Shown: piece after piece, positions 52,438 to 64,000 of the stretch
How the letters are laid out: every line of letters begins with the position of its first letter
Position numbering within the stretch: the stretch's first letter is position 1
Origin: Epiperipatus broadwayi
Lineage: Eukaryota > Animalia > Onychophora
Reading direction: 5' to 3'
Length of the DNA: 64,000 bases
NCBI GenBank assembly: GCA_028023455.1
Contig: JAQFVV010000003.1
Span: 4,464,001-4,528,000, forward strand
Program-made: the position numbers and the translations under genes
The notes under the pieces: model-generated
The model's database searches: none
Seen by the model: only the letters and a program-made list of their open reading frames with translations
What the model was told of the DNA's origin: nothing

Positions 52438-53641
52438 GTAAGATTTTATTGTTTCTACTTCTCAATCATATCACGGAATAGAAGTCTGTAAAAATGGTAA
52501 TGATTAAGAAAATATCATGCATTTTCTGGAGTAAAAACCATTAGAATGCTTTCCTTAATCTTTCCAGAATTGTAGCTGACTATAGAGCTATAATCAAAGA
52601 AATGGCCTTAAAATTAATTTTGATCCTATTCATCTGTTAACTATGGGTTAAAGCTATAGTTAAAAAAAATTCATGATCCTATATAAGGAACTTGCCTTTA
52701 CTGTATTATAAAAAAGAAATGTATTTCTATAATTAATTTGTAAATCTATTTATTTCAGTGCTTGTAGAACTATAATAAAATCCTCATAGGAAAACTACAC
52801 TGGATTAAATAAAAAAAAAAGTTAAATGTTAATATTGCTAGCAAATATTTAAATTAATGATTTTAATGCCCATTTAACCACATTTATGGAGACAAAAATA
52901 TACATGAGCTCATAAAGATATCAAGATAATTAACTGAACTTTCTATTAGCCTTTCTAAATGAATTATAAAACATCAAATATTTCCTTCTCATGCATGTCC
53001 ATCATATAATTTTAAGGGTAAATATGTAGATACATTTTTTTTATTAATATATAACTATTTGTTAATTAAAGTTATTGTTAATAATTTTGTTGTTTGTCAT
53101 TTCTCATCCAAAGTCCAAGTCAATTATTTATTTTTATAATTCAATAATAGTGTTAGGTGGAGGGGATAACGAACAGGAAATATAATTGAATCTGCATAGA
53201 AATTGTTTTTTTTTTACATATGTTCAATTTGATCATTATTTGTGACAATTATAGTTTTGTCAACTAAAAATAAATTGTGTATAGTTACCCCACTATGTAG
53301 ATGGTTGCCCTTTATCTTTAAATTCCCCTAGAAAGAAATTAGTTTGCAAATATTGTATTTTTTATTTTATTGTTAACTTTACTATTAAGGCAGTTCCCAT
53401 TGCAATATATATTAAAAAAGTTTGACTAAAAAGTGTTAATTATCTAATAAAACAGAACTAAAAACAAATTTTGATTCCTCTTGATTGTAAAAGTTGATTT
53501 TTTAAAAATATTTTCTTCATAAATAAAACAATAATATAAAATGATTTTTAATGCGCATGAATATATAATTTATTTTAAAGTTTGAATTGGAACAATTGCA
53601 AAAAAATATCCAAATATCACAAAAGTAAAATATATATTAAA

Positions 53642-53921
53642 AATATTTTATAATAAGCACTTTTATTTGTTGTAGACTAAAAAGCCATAAAAATAATTGA
53701 TTTTTCAACCACAATTGGCCTTTTATATTCAACTTAAAATAAAAGTGTGGAGTGTCCAGAAATTAATTAATTCAATCACTACTTTTTATAATAAGGGATT
53801 GAATCAATTAATTTCTAGACATCTCACAACTTTTATTTCAATTTGAATATAAACACACCAGTTTTTAATAAAAAAAGTTATTTTTAGTCGACAGTAAATA
53901 AAGTATTTATTATAAAATATT
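53642..53921. mobile_element. Foldback/MITE-like inverted repeat
   Basis: Imperfect arms from AATATTTTATAATAA...GACTAAAAA to ...CAGAAATTAATTAATTCAATC, mirrored on the right. TSD not resolved. Confidence 0.65.
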
Positions 53922-55691
53922 ATTTATATGTTATTTTTAAATTGTAACATTTTATGTGAAGAGTTCATTAATGTTGTTGACTGACAACTCCTCCTGTCTA
54001 TTGTGAATAGAATCTAGTGAATGTTTTATTAAATACCTGTCCATAATTGAACATTTTCAGTTTTACTATTAAACTTTTTTTCTATATATTGTATAACTAA
54101 TTTTTATATTATAAGTTATAAATGTAAGCTTTCAAATGCTACTAATTTTAAAAATTCTTTTTTTTTAAATATGAAAATAAATATCTAAAGGAAATTCTTG
54201 CCTATAATAATGTAGCATGCTGTGGTTGGATGCAATTTAACTAGTGAAAAAGTTACGAGAACAAAATATTGGTTATTAAAATTTTATGTTATTAAAAAAG
54301 ATATATTTAGGATTAGTTACCATCAAAGAAAGAAAAAAAATTCTAAAAGTTAATAAATTATTTATTGTTATTAAAATAGTAAAGATTATTTTATTTACCA
54401 TTTTGACAAAATTTTTCAATAGAAACTGCTTCTGGTTGCTTTAACAAATTTTCTAAGAGATGTTTTTAAATATAAAGTGTTTTCAAAAACACTCTCCTAT
54501 TAGTGATATAATTTCTTTTACAAAAAGATTGCATCATAATCATTAATTTGTAAACTAATTACATTCATACATACATATGTACCTATGTACAAATCTACAA
54601 TATTCAATAATTTATCCTCAGTTTAAAACACTCAGCCAATCAGAAAATAGCCACTTCCTTCGTAACTTTATCATAACAACAGTGTACTCTCAATCATCCA
54701 AAGAGTTCATATAATATTAACATCAGGTTTTTTTTAAAAAAAAATACATTAAAATTGCAGCAGTAGGGTAAAGGGAAATTGCAAACCATAATATAAAGTT
54801 ATATATAGGCTTAAATAATGTAAAGAAAATAGCAATCATAAGTACCATTGTGACACCTAAAATGTCAAAATCAAGCTGAGACTCTGCTTACTTTGATTCA
54901 GTCCTTATGTTGATTTAAATATTGAAATTATAAAATAAATTATGTTAACAAAGAAGCAATCATTGACAAACTATCAGAAATGATGATCAAAGATTGCATT
55001 TTAGTTGTAGTATTCTATTAATTAAGTAATCTGCTTTTGAGAAGAGAATTTAGCATGCAATAATACTGTATTAATAAATTAGTATTTAATTTAATATCTC
55101 AATCTCATTAAAAAATAAATTTGTATTTCTAAAAGCTTGAACAGTATTTTAGAGATCTTTATATATATAAGTAAGTTGAATGTATTTTGTATAATGCTCC
55201 AACATGCACTAAATAGCTGATATTGAATGTTTTTTCATATACCTGGAATGGATGCTATACGTAAAGTAATAATGTTTATTGTAAAGCATAATTTTTGTCT
55301 GTTGAATACTTGCAATCAAAAGTATGACAGTCAATATTTTAGTATTTGTTTCTAGATGACAGCTATAAACAAAGAAAATAATGAATTATGGATACTTGCA
55401 GATTAGGAAATAGATTATGATGTTTTCTCCACATTGATGACAATTAATAAAGTTTTTATTTTAATGTTTGTTCTTGTTTTTTTAATCTCAAATTATTATT
55501 TATTCTTATTTATTTTTTGTAAGTATATAGTGTTTAAAAATAGCACTTTACTAATACATTTTAATTTTTGTAAGTTTATTATGCTTTTTCTAAGTAGTGC
55601 AGATTTATGAGATGGGGGGCATGAAATATTTTATATTGATAATATTAAAAATATTTACCACTATTTATATTTTATTTATAAAGATACATTT

Positions 55692-55800
55692 GTCAAGCAT
55701 TGGTGGTCAAGAGGTCAGCGACGGCTGTTTTACAAGCAGTTGTCCCGGGTTAGCAGATTCACTTCCCGGCTAATGCTATGACCCATGAGGAAAAAAAAAA
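55692..55800 (+). mobile_element. tRNA-derived short SINE, copy 3 (best cloverleaf)
   Basis: GCATTGG/CTAATGC acceptor stem (55697-55776), GTC/GAC D stem, GCTGT(TTTACAA)GCAGT arm, then ATGACCCATGAGG, A10 and TSD AAAGATACATTT (55680-55691 / 55798-55809). Confidence 0.85.
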
Positions 55801-57379
55801 GATACATTTTTATTTTTAAAGATATTTTAATGAAAAAAAAGTTAAAAATACATTAATAAATAATTTAACTGAAAACTAATTATAAAAAAATAAATTTCAC
55901 TATAGAGAAAACTCACCATAATCAAATAAAAGCCAGAGAAAGAGTTAAAAAAAAGTGTTTTTTTTATTTCTCCTAATTTTAATAATGAAATAAATAAAGC
56001 AATATTTTTCCACTTAAAAAATTGAAATATAAAATTGCTTTGCAAAATAAATAAGAACTTGTACATAACACAATATCATATGACTTTTTCTGTTTATTTT
56101 CAATATCTCACTAAAAATAGTATTATGTACTATTTAAACTTTTCTTCAGAGCTATCTATAACTAAATTTGAATACTCAATGAGCATTTTTTTACCACAAA
56201 AACTAGTCAAGAGATTTGGTTGTGGTGTTCACTGATTTCTCAAGCTTGCAATTATTGTCTGTGAAGTAGATAGAATATATAGAATAAATTAGAAAGGAAT
56301 TTGATTTGATAGAAATGTGTTAGCGAAATTGCAATGTGTATACAAATTCGATTTTAATCCACAACATATAAAAAATAAAATTATATAAATGTATGTAGAA
56401 TATGCAAATTAATGAAATAAAAAGTTCATTAAAGTTTATGAACTCATTATAAATATTAAAATGCTAGAATAAACTGTTATAAAAAATAAAGAAATGCAAT
56501 GGTGAACTACTACTGGTAATGATCATGTTCTTTATTCCTTTATATCTCAATCTACCTTCAAAAAGAAAACTTAAAACATATGCACTATTGTATTCATTTA
56601 TATTTTTCTTAATTGCAAACTTCTTTAAAAGTCAAGATTCACTTATTTAAATAATGATTCACGATTTGATATTTTCACATTCATACACATAAAACTTTTA
56701 TAATAATTACAAAAAAAAAAAGACATATGTGATCATTTCCATATTGAAACGATTGTTGTGGTTAAGATTTTTTTAAAAATTGTTTTTGATTATTAATATT
56801 ATTTTATATTAAAGATACCAATAACAATAATAACCATGTAGCACTCTTTTATTCAACTTCTTTTGACTGTTTAACATTCCATCAAATGAATACAAATTTA
56901 TTCAATAGATTCCACAAGATAAAACAACCCTTAATTATTAAAATGTTAGTATTTTTATATTAATACTTTTAAAATGCATCAATTATTTACATTATTTGGT
57001 CAAACAAATTTTTATTATTAATATTTAAAACAATGATATTAAACTAAAATAGGAAAATGTGAATGCTACCAGATCTCATTAACAGAGAAGTTGTGACGAT
57101 GAAGAAAATAATCTTTAAGATATAATTAAATAATTATTCTTGCAGGTTAACTTTATTAAATGTAATATATAACCAAATAGTTTAAATATGTTTCAAGTGA
57201 TGCTTAAACAAAAAAGGTAAAACAATTACATTGATTATTTATTTGATTTAAGTGAAGGGATTTTTTTGTATGATATTAAAATAATAAAGTATGAGAGTGG
57301 CAATTAATTTTTTTTAATGTTAAGGCAGAAATTTCCAGTATAGTATATACTGTGTTATAACGTTCAATCATGTGTTAGA

Positions 57380-58697
57380 ATATATTTGTAAAACTTTAAT
57401 ATTTGTGTTAATATTAAGAATACACACGCATATAATTCGACTATATATAAATAAATCAAATCAAATAAATAAATAAATGACAAACTTTTATTGATTTCTT
57501 CTAGCGCTTTCAAAGGTATAACCTTCATTTTCAAGAAGTACAATATTTCTTCATTTTCACGAAGTGCAAATATGCAAAATAGGATAGATTAAATATGCAA
57601 ATATGGATGGGAAAATTTAAACTTTCCATTTCTTAGATATGACGTAAAATGTCTTTTTTATTCATCGCATGTTCATCCGATATAATATAGCACACCTCTT
57701 TCACTTTCCTACGCAATTCATGCCGCTCTCTACACATAACCCGAGGCTTACCTGGCCTGCACTGGTGGCCCATAGCAACAGTGTGCTGTACAAAAATAGA
57801 GGGGTGGGATGGGTCAACTGAGGTCTTATTATATGCATATACATGTTGGGCCAGTCTTCTATGGACCGATGCCCTCATTTCCCCATAATATGCCGCTGGG
57901 CAATTGTTATTGCTACACGCGATCTTGTACACCGATTGACAATATCATTCAGAAATTTAAACGAGGTCCTAGTCATGAACTGAAACAGAATAAAACCCAT
58001 ATTTAGCTGCCATACATTAAAAATATTCATAGAGACGTGCATAAAATCTTTAGCACCGATTTTAGTGTGTGTGTGTTACCGATCGCCTCCTAATCTCAAC
58101 AGGAGCATAAATAATACTAAGGACTATATCCCCCCTATACATGCCCAGCAAGCAGTGTACAAGATTGTGTGTAGCAATAACAATTGCCCAGCAGCATACT
58201 ATGGGGAAATGAGGGCATCGGTCCATACAAGACTGGCCCAGCATGTATATGCATATAATAAGGCCTCGGTTGACCCATCCTACCCCTCTATTTTTGTACA
58301 GCACACTGTTGCTATGGGCCACCAGTGCAGGCCAGATAAGCCTCGGGTTATGTGTAGAGAGCGGCATGAATTGTATAGGAAAGTGAAAGAGGCATGCTAT
58401 ATTATATTGGATGAACACGCGATGAATAAAAAAGAGACATTTTATGCCATATCTAAGAAATGGCAAGTTTAAATTTTCCCATCCATATTTGCATATTTAA
58501 TCTATCCTATTTTGCATATTTGCACTTCGTGAAAATGAAGAAATATTGTACTTTTTGAAAATGAAGGTTATACCTTTGAAAGCGCTAGAAGAAATCAATA
58601 AAAGTTGGCATTTATTTATTTGATTTATTTATATATAGTCAAATTATATGTGTGTGTATTCTCAATATTAATGCAAATATTAAAGTTTTACATATAT
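57380..58697. mobile_element. Penelope-like element family C: plus-strand 3' fragment (57933-58697) with inverted 5'-truncated copy (57380-57932)
   Basis: Plus translation ...LPYIK...QQAVYKIVCSNNNCPAAYYGEMRASVHTRLAQH...SIFVQH...GH...ERHELYRKVKEA (linker plus GIY-YIG). The minus arm is highly similar. 13-bp direct repeat TATATACTGTGTT at 57344-57356 and 58693-58705. Confidence 0.9.
58551..58591 (+). ncRNA. Hammerhead-like motif in PLE-C pseudo-LTR (mirror copy at 57498-57538, minus)
   Basis: CTTC-TTGAAAATG-AAGGT(tat)ACCTT-T-GAAA-GCGC-TA-GAAG in the minus copy. Palindrome AGCGCT; the G8 position is A in both arms. Confidence 0.55.
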
Positions 58698-59811
58698 ACT
58701 GTGTTGTAGGGATAGAGTCAAATCTCATATAAATTAATGGAGAGAAAATTAGCAGCCCCCCAAAATTTTTTGTGTGCATGTGTCATAGATATGTAGGTAT
58801 TTCTGTATGTGATTTTACTCAGTAAGTAGGAATAAAAAAAATGAATATAGGAAAGAAATATTTAGTTGCTTCAAACTTTTATATTTTATTAAAAGATATG
58901 ATGATTTCATTTTATAATTTTCTTTTGTTAAAACAGGCTAAAACAAATTGTTTAATCATTAGTCAAGATAGTTTAGTAAATAAATAATTTGAGACACACA
59001 CTTGTGTTTGAAACAAAAGATTCGAGAGTGTGAATCAGTATTAACAGTTTACAATTCACTAACACAGATATCAACTATCAAAGAAAAAAGACAAAGGAAT
59101 TTTTTTTTGTATATATTTTGATTTATAAAATTGTCAAAAAAGAAAGAAGTTTGAAATTAATAAATAATTAGTCTATTTACTTGAAAGAAACTGCCAGTAG
59201 AAGTTTTAACCATTTTTTAAATCTAAAAGATAAGATTGAAGTGGCTTGTTTGAAGAGATTTTGAGCTGATTGCTTGTGAACTTGAGCATGATGACATCTA
59301 ATTTTTGGACACTAGATATAAAAGAGAAATAAAAATATTAAAAATTGTTAAGTAAGTAAAAACTGCTGAGTTTTTAAGGGGATTTTTTTTTAAGTTCTTA
59401 TGACTGAAAGCAGAAAGTCAGAAAATAATCATGGCCAAATCAAGGAAGGGAGTGTGGAAAATGACTTAATTTTTTTTTCTCTCACTCTTATTAAAAAAAA
59501 GCAGGAAATAAATGACTTAGTTTGCACACTATTTTATTATTAAGATACCATTAGAAGAAAGGAGTTATATTGCTTTTTATAAAATGACCGGAGATGTGTA
59601 GCTATATGAATAACAGTTTATATCGCATTTAAGTTAGTCGAAGAAGGCAATTAGTCTTTTATCTTGATCAAGAAAGATCAATCTCTAAGATGAAACTAAA
59701 AAGTAAAATGGTCTTATAGTAGATAATATTCATTATTGATTTCCAAAATACAGACTCTGAATTAATATATTTATGGCTGTAACAGAAGAGACAATGCACT
59801 GTTATCTGCAG

Positions 59812-60345
59812 TTATTTATCCCAAGATCTATTCCACTGTGAGCTAGCCGTTTGTTTACACACCTATACCAGACCAATAGAATGGCAGTATTACCTGTTAA
59901 CCATTTAAAAAGCACATTTTGTTTTGGAGATCCAGTTCAGATCCTATGGTTCATTAAAGAATCACCACCATTTTTTAAAAGAAGAAAGAGAAAAGGGAAG
60001 AGAGAAAAGAGGAGAGAGGAAAATGTATAAAATCCACATGTCCAGCTTTCACTGATCTATTACTATGATGTCTGTCAGAGTTTTTTTATTAGTAGTGCCA
60101 AAGAATTCTACAATGTTAATTGATATCCATGAAGTTTTCAAGAGATCCCAAGAACATCCGGAAGTCTGTCAATTTTTTTTTTGCTTTTGCCATATGAAAA
60201 TTATAAAAGAGAAGTCAATTGTCTCAGCTGAGAGATTATCTCCTCAAGAACTGAAATGGAGTGGTAACATTTTAGAACTTTATTAACGTCTTCTTATTTA
60301 AAAGTAATCATTTACATCTTCTATGAATTCAAACCTCTTTTTTTT
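59812..60345 (+). pseudogene. Unidentified decayed coding segment
   Basis: After a tctgcag acceptor-like site, one frame runs about 175 codons with only about six stops (YLSQDLFHCELAVCLH...LPYENYKREVNCL). No family recognised. Confidence 0.3.
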
Positions 60346-61099
60346 TGTTTTGTTTTACTTTGACACATCAACATTAATTTTTGGTTATTATGCATAACAA
60401 CATGCAAATATAGTTTTGAAGTCATTAGATTTAATTTTTTTATTATCCTTGAATATTTTTTTGTATTGCTATAAATATGTCTTTTATTTATTATTGTCTT
60501 TTATTTTTTATTTAGTTATTAATATGGTAATCATATACTTGAGCAATCTATACATATATATTTATATAATGTTTTCTTCTTATTTATTTGCATATTTAAG
60601 TTTGATGTAAAATGTTTCTTTGCTCAAGATTTAAATAATTTTTTTTATATTTATTTTATTTGTATTTAACAATGTGAAGAGAAATGCGTTTTACATTATA
60701 TATATATCAACATATCATGAAGTATGTGTGTGACTGCACATACAAACATAGGTTAATTAGGATAAATTAGGAATAGGTCATACCAAATCTTATTGTGTGA
60801 AAAAAATTAATGAAACAAAGACACACCTGTATGAGAGTGAATATCCACATATCGTAAATAATAATTTTATTGCATTTGACAACATGCATAAAGCTAGAAG
60901 AAAATATTAAATAGAATGTTTTTTTTAATTGGGTTGTTTCATATTATACCATCTTACATTAGATAAATATGAGCATAGATATTTGAGTCTCTTATTTATT
61001 TATACATTTAATAATTCTTATTTATGTATTGTTATGATTACTATTATGATTGAAGACTATTACATGATTGGAAATTTATTATTAAAATAAATGAATCTT

Positions 61100-62140
61100 A
61101 ATAAACATGATTATCTAATATTCTTGCTTTAGCGTTATTATTTTTGGTTTAGTTATTTAGTTAATTGATAACACTGTTGAAAAGGATAGGAGGATAGACA
61201 TGTGTGATCATCATCAGGAGGGTAGTTGGTTATAATTGTCATCAGTCAAAGTTAGCATCATAAGTCATAGTAAGCCAAATATACATGCATATTTATATGT
61301 GATGGGTATAGTTTAAATGTTATGGTTGTGATTATCTTAGCATTAGTTAATTGATTATAGAGCTACATAAAAGTAGTCTCACTGCCATAATCAAATTGAA
61401 TATGGATATATAAATTATATAATTTAATTGAATATTGATGGTGACTTATGGGGCTTAAGGTATATCCTGTGTCTCCCTTATGTCTCCAACAAAGGGATTT
61501 ACTCATATACCTAAATTTATGAGTTTAATTGGAAAATGGATGAACAAACAATTACATAGATGATGATGATCATGGATGGTATTTTATAATAGTTAGGGGG
61601 GTTAATATGATGATGATTTATTACGGCACAGTTGATATTGATGTGGACAATAGGAGCCAGGTGTTATATAAATAATATTGATGAGAATGGGGAGAGTTGG
61701 TAATCTGACAAAATGGTTGTTCCAGTTTTGAGAGTAAGATACTAATATGGTCATAGGGTTGGGTGGAATAGTAATGTTAATGTCAGAAAGATACTATGGA
61801 TACCATTTTGAGGTCTGTTGGCTTAAACCAAAAATCACATGAGCTATCCATAGCTGACTGATACTGCACCTGGATAGAGTTGCCAATTAAAATTAGAATG
61901 GCTATATGACTACTAACATATGATGATAGTTATAAGTAAAGCCCTGAACCCTTCCATGGTAATAATAAATAATTGTGATTTAGATGGTAATACTTAGTAA
62001 ACCATTCAGTTCATTCACATTATATACTATTACAGTGTAAACTAATAATAATTCTATATAAAGATTTACAAAATTCAAGTTTTAATGCACATTTGAAATG
62101 AGGTATTAATTGATGTCTGTCAGTCACAACCCCTGATCAT
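61100..62140 (-). mobile_element. Decayed LINE APE-region fragment
   Basis: Similar by eye to 28230-28550 (IIIYV..., VGD, DDH). Confidence 0.35.
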
Positions 62141-62147
62141 GGTTACT

Positions 62148-62225
62148 GCATGGTTTAATGCAGTGGTAAAATGGCAGATTTTGGAGCTCAAGGTCTATGG
62201 ATCGCCATTCCACTCTTCACGTCTG
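62148..62225 (+). other. Degenerate tRNA-like head (possible SINE 5' end)
   Basis: TAATGCAGTGGT (A-box-like) and GGATCGCCATTCC (B-box-like) at tRNA-like spacing. The stems are poor. Confidence 0.3.
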
Positions 62226-62834
62226 GGCTCAAACTTTTTATGAATCTTGAATTGATTCTTATTATTACAGTACTACTACTGATCATGATTATAATTTTAA
62301 ATTTTTAATTTTCATTCAAATTATTTTAAGATTTAAGAACTTAAAAAACGAGCAAAATAAACTTTAGTGAAAAACATTTACATTTGGTATGATTGTTATT
62401 GCTGGGTGTTTATTTCAAAAAGTTCTAGTTTCCTCTGACTCATTGAAATTTGTTTATTTGTGCATTTCTTTAATCAAAATTATTTGATTTATTTAAAAGA
62501 CTATAGTTTAATTTCAGTTCACACAGTCTTTTAATCACTATAAAATTTGTATATTTTATTATTTATTTTTTAGTTATTCAAGATGTCTAGAATCTCTTAT
62601 AGAAAATACTAAAAGTTTTAATAAGATTTAGTTGAGGCGCATATGATTATAATAAGCAATGTGGATATCCAGAAATAAATGCCACAATGTAAATATTCAA
62701 GATATAACAAAATTCTATTTTTAAAATTAATTACAAAACAATATTACAAAATTCTTATACAACTGATGAGAGGTGGGATTTTAACTGTTTGATGAATATT
62801 CCCAGCAGAAACTTCTTGAGTGTAATATATATAT

Positions 62835-63390
62835 ATGATCACTAAATGGAGCTTTACCAATAGCCCACTATCAAGCTTTGTTTACATAAATGCTGAGAGA
62901 GATAGAATTCAATATCTCTTTCAAATTGGCTCCAACCTTTAAACCATGGTTTTGAGCTAGTTGGATCATGTCAGTAAAAGGTAGGAAGACTAGAAACTAG
63001 ATCTAAACACCAACTCTGCAGCCAGAATTTATCAAACATGTTTTTATCAGCCCGAAAGCCTGAATTTTTCAGATACGTAAATATCTTCAAATCCAGTCAA
63101 ACAAACTAGATAGCTATATGGGTCTGAATTCAGTTCAGTTTCACCATATAGGAAAAGCCTCTGCAATCTATATCATTGCAAAAATCTTCAAGGGTACATT
63201 TATGATAAACAAAACAAGTTATAAATTTTGTAACTTGCTATAAACAATTTGAAAGAGATATTGAATTCTCTCTCTCTCAGCATTTATGTAAACAAAGCTT
63301 GATAGTGGGCTATTGGTAAAGCTCCATCTAGTGATCATAAAATGCAAGCTATAGCAAGTTACGAAATTTATAACTTGTTTTGTTTATCAT
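62835..63390. ncRNA. Third locus of the ~420-bp HHR repeat: one antisense unit (62835-63242) plus an inverted partial unit (63244-63390)
   Basis: Colinear with the 21 kb unit, (TA)n at both ends. HHR at 62936-62980 (minus) is mutated to CTGACAT...AAAA but retains stem I and CCATGG. Confidence 0.85.
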
Positions 63391-63525
63391 ATATATATTC
63401 TATAAATGAATGGCTCTTCATGATATTTATAGAGATTGTTTCAAAGTATATTAATATTTATTATATTTAAAGTCACTAAAATTAGTAAATAGTGATATAA
63501 GTCTCTTTTTTTTCTTTTATATTAG

Positions 63526-63575
63526 ATAGTGAAGAAGATGCTGAAGGATTTATTGATGAAGAATGGCTGGATTAA
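63526..63575 (+). CDS. Candidate terminal exon with acidic C-terminus
   Basis: Strong acceptor ctcttttttttcttttatattag, reads (D)SEEDAEGFIDEEWLD*. AATAAA follows at about 63600. Confidence 0.55.
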
Positions 63576-64000
63576 TCATTTTATACTTTTGAATTTGAGA
63601 ATAAATAAGAATAAGAAATTAAATTATAAATGTATATATTTGTAAATATATTATTGTGTTTTAATAAACTGCTGTTTGGATTGTAATTTTACAGAAAAAA
63701 TAAAAATTTGAGGAAAAAAGTTCACATTGGTTTTTATTTTATTTTTCTATTGGTACTTTGGTTAATCTTTACATTATACCAGTTACACTATTTGTGTCTC
63801 CTATTGACTTGTTTACCTAGGAAAGGCAACCAAATTCAAATATTTTATTTTAGGACAAAAAAGTTTTAAAATGAGGACTTGTATTTTAAATCAAATTAGA
63901 TGATTTAAAATAATGATTTGTAAAATAGGATATTGTCAGACTTTGTGACAATTGATTTGAAAAATAGAAATGCAATTTATTATAAAAGCACAAATATAGC

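Noticed and set aside
55697-55777. Functional tRNA-Val(TAC) gene
   Set aside because: The T-arm region is oversized, the anticodon arm is not conserved in the sister copies, and it has an A tail and TSD. It is a SINE copy.
62760-62822. CTGATGA...GAAA hammerhead candidate
   Set aside because: Stem II does not start next to the core, stem I is 3 bp and there is no stem-III palindrome.

Overview
Very AT-rich eukaryotic genomic DNA, most likely from an invertebrate animal (inference from (TA)n/(AAT)n microsatellites, GT-AG exon-like segments and the transposon spectrum). It is not prokaryotic: no operons, rRNA or CRISPR are seen. The window is mostly nested, decayed transposons: three Penelope-like (PLE) GIY-YIG families, a near full-length Tx1/L1-like LINE, other LINE, Ty3/gypsy and hAT relics, two TIR elements with 8-9 bp TSDs, MITEs and a small tRNA-derived SINE family (3 copies with poly-A tails and TSDs). 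A few candidate host exons could not be identified. The most notable signal is a set of minimal type I hammerhead ribozyme (HHR) motifs. A non-coding ~420-bp unit carrying an HHR (CUGANGA...GAAA, palindromic stem III) forms a tandem plus inverted array at 20.7-22.35 kb. It also has dispersed copies at 15.7 kb and 62.8 kb, all sitting in (TA)n, i.e. a retrozyme-like family. Further HHR or HHR-like motifs lie in the PLE pseudo-LTRs and in orphan repeats, each family with its own stem-III palindrome. One PLE family shares the retrozyme's palindrome. All alignments were made by eye, so boundaries of decayed elements are approximate.
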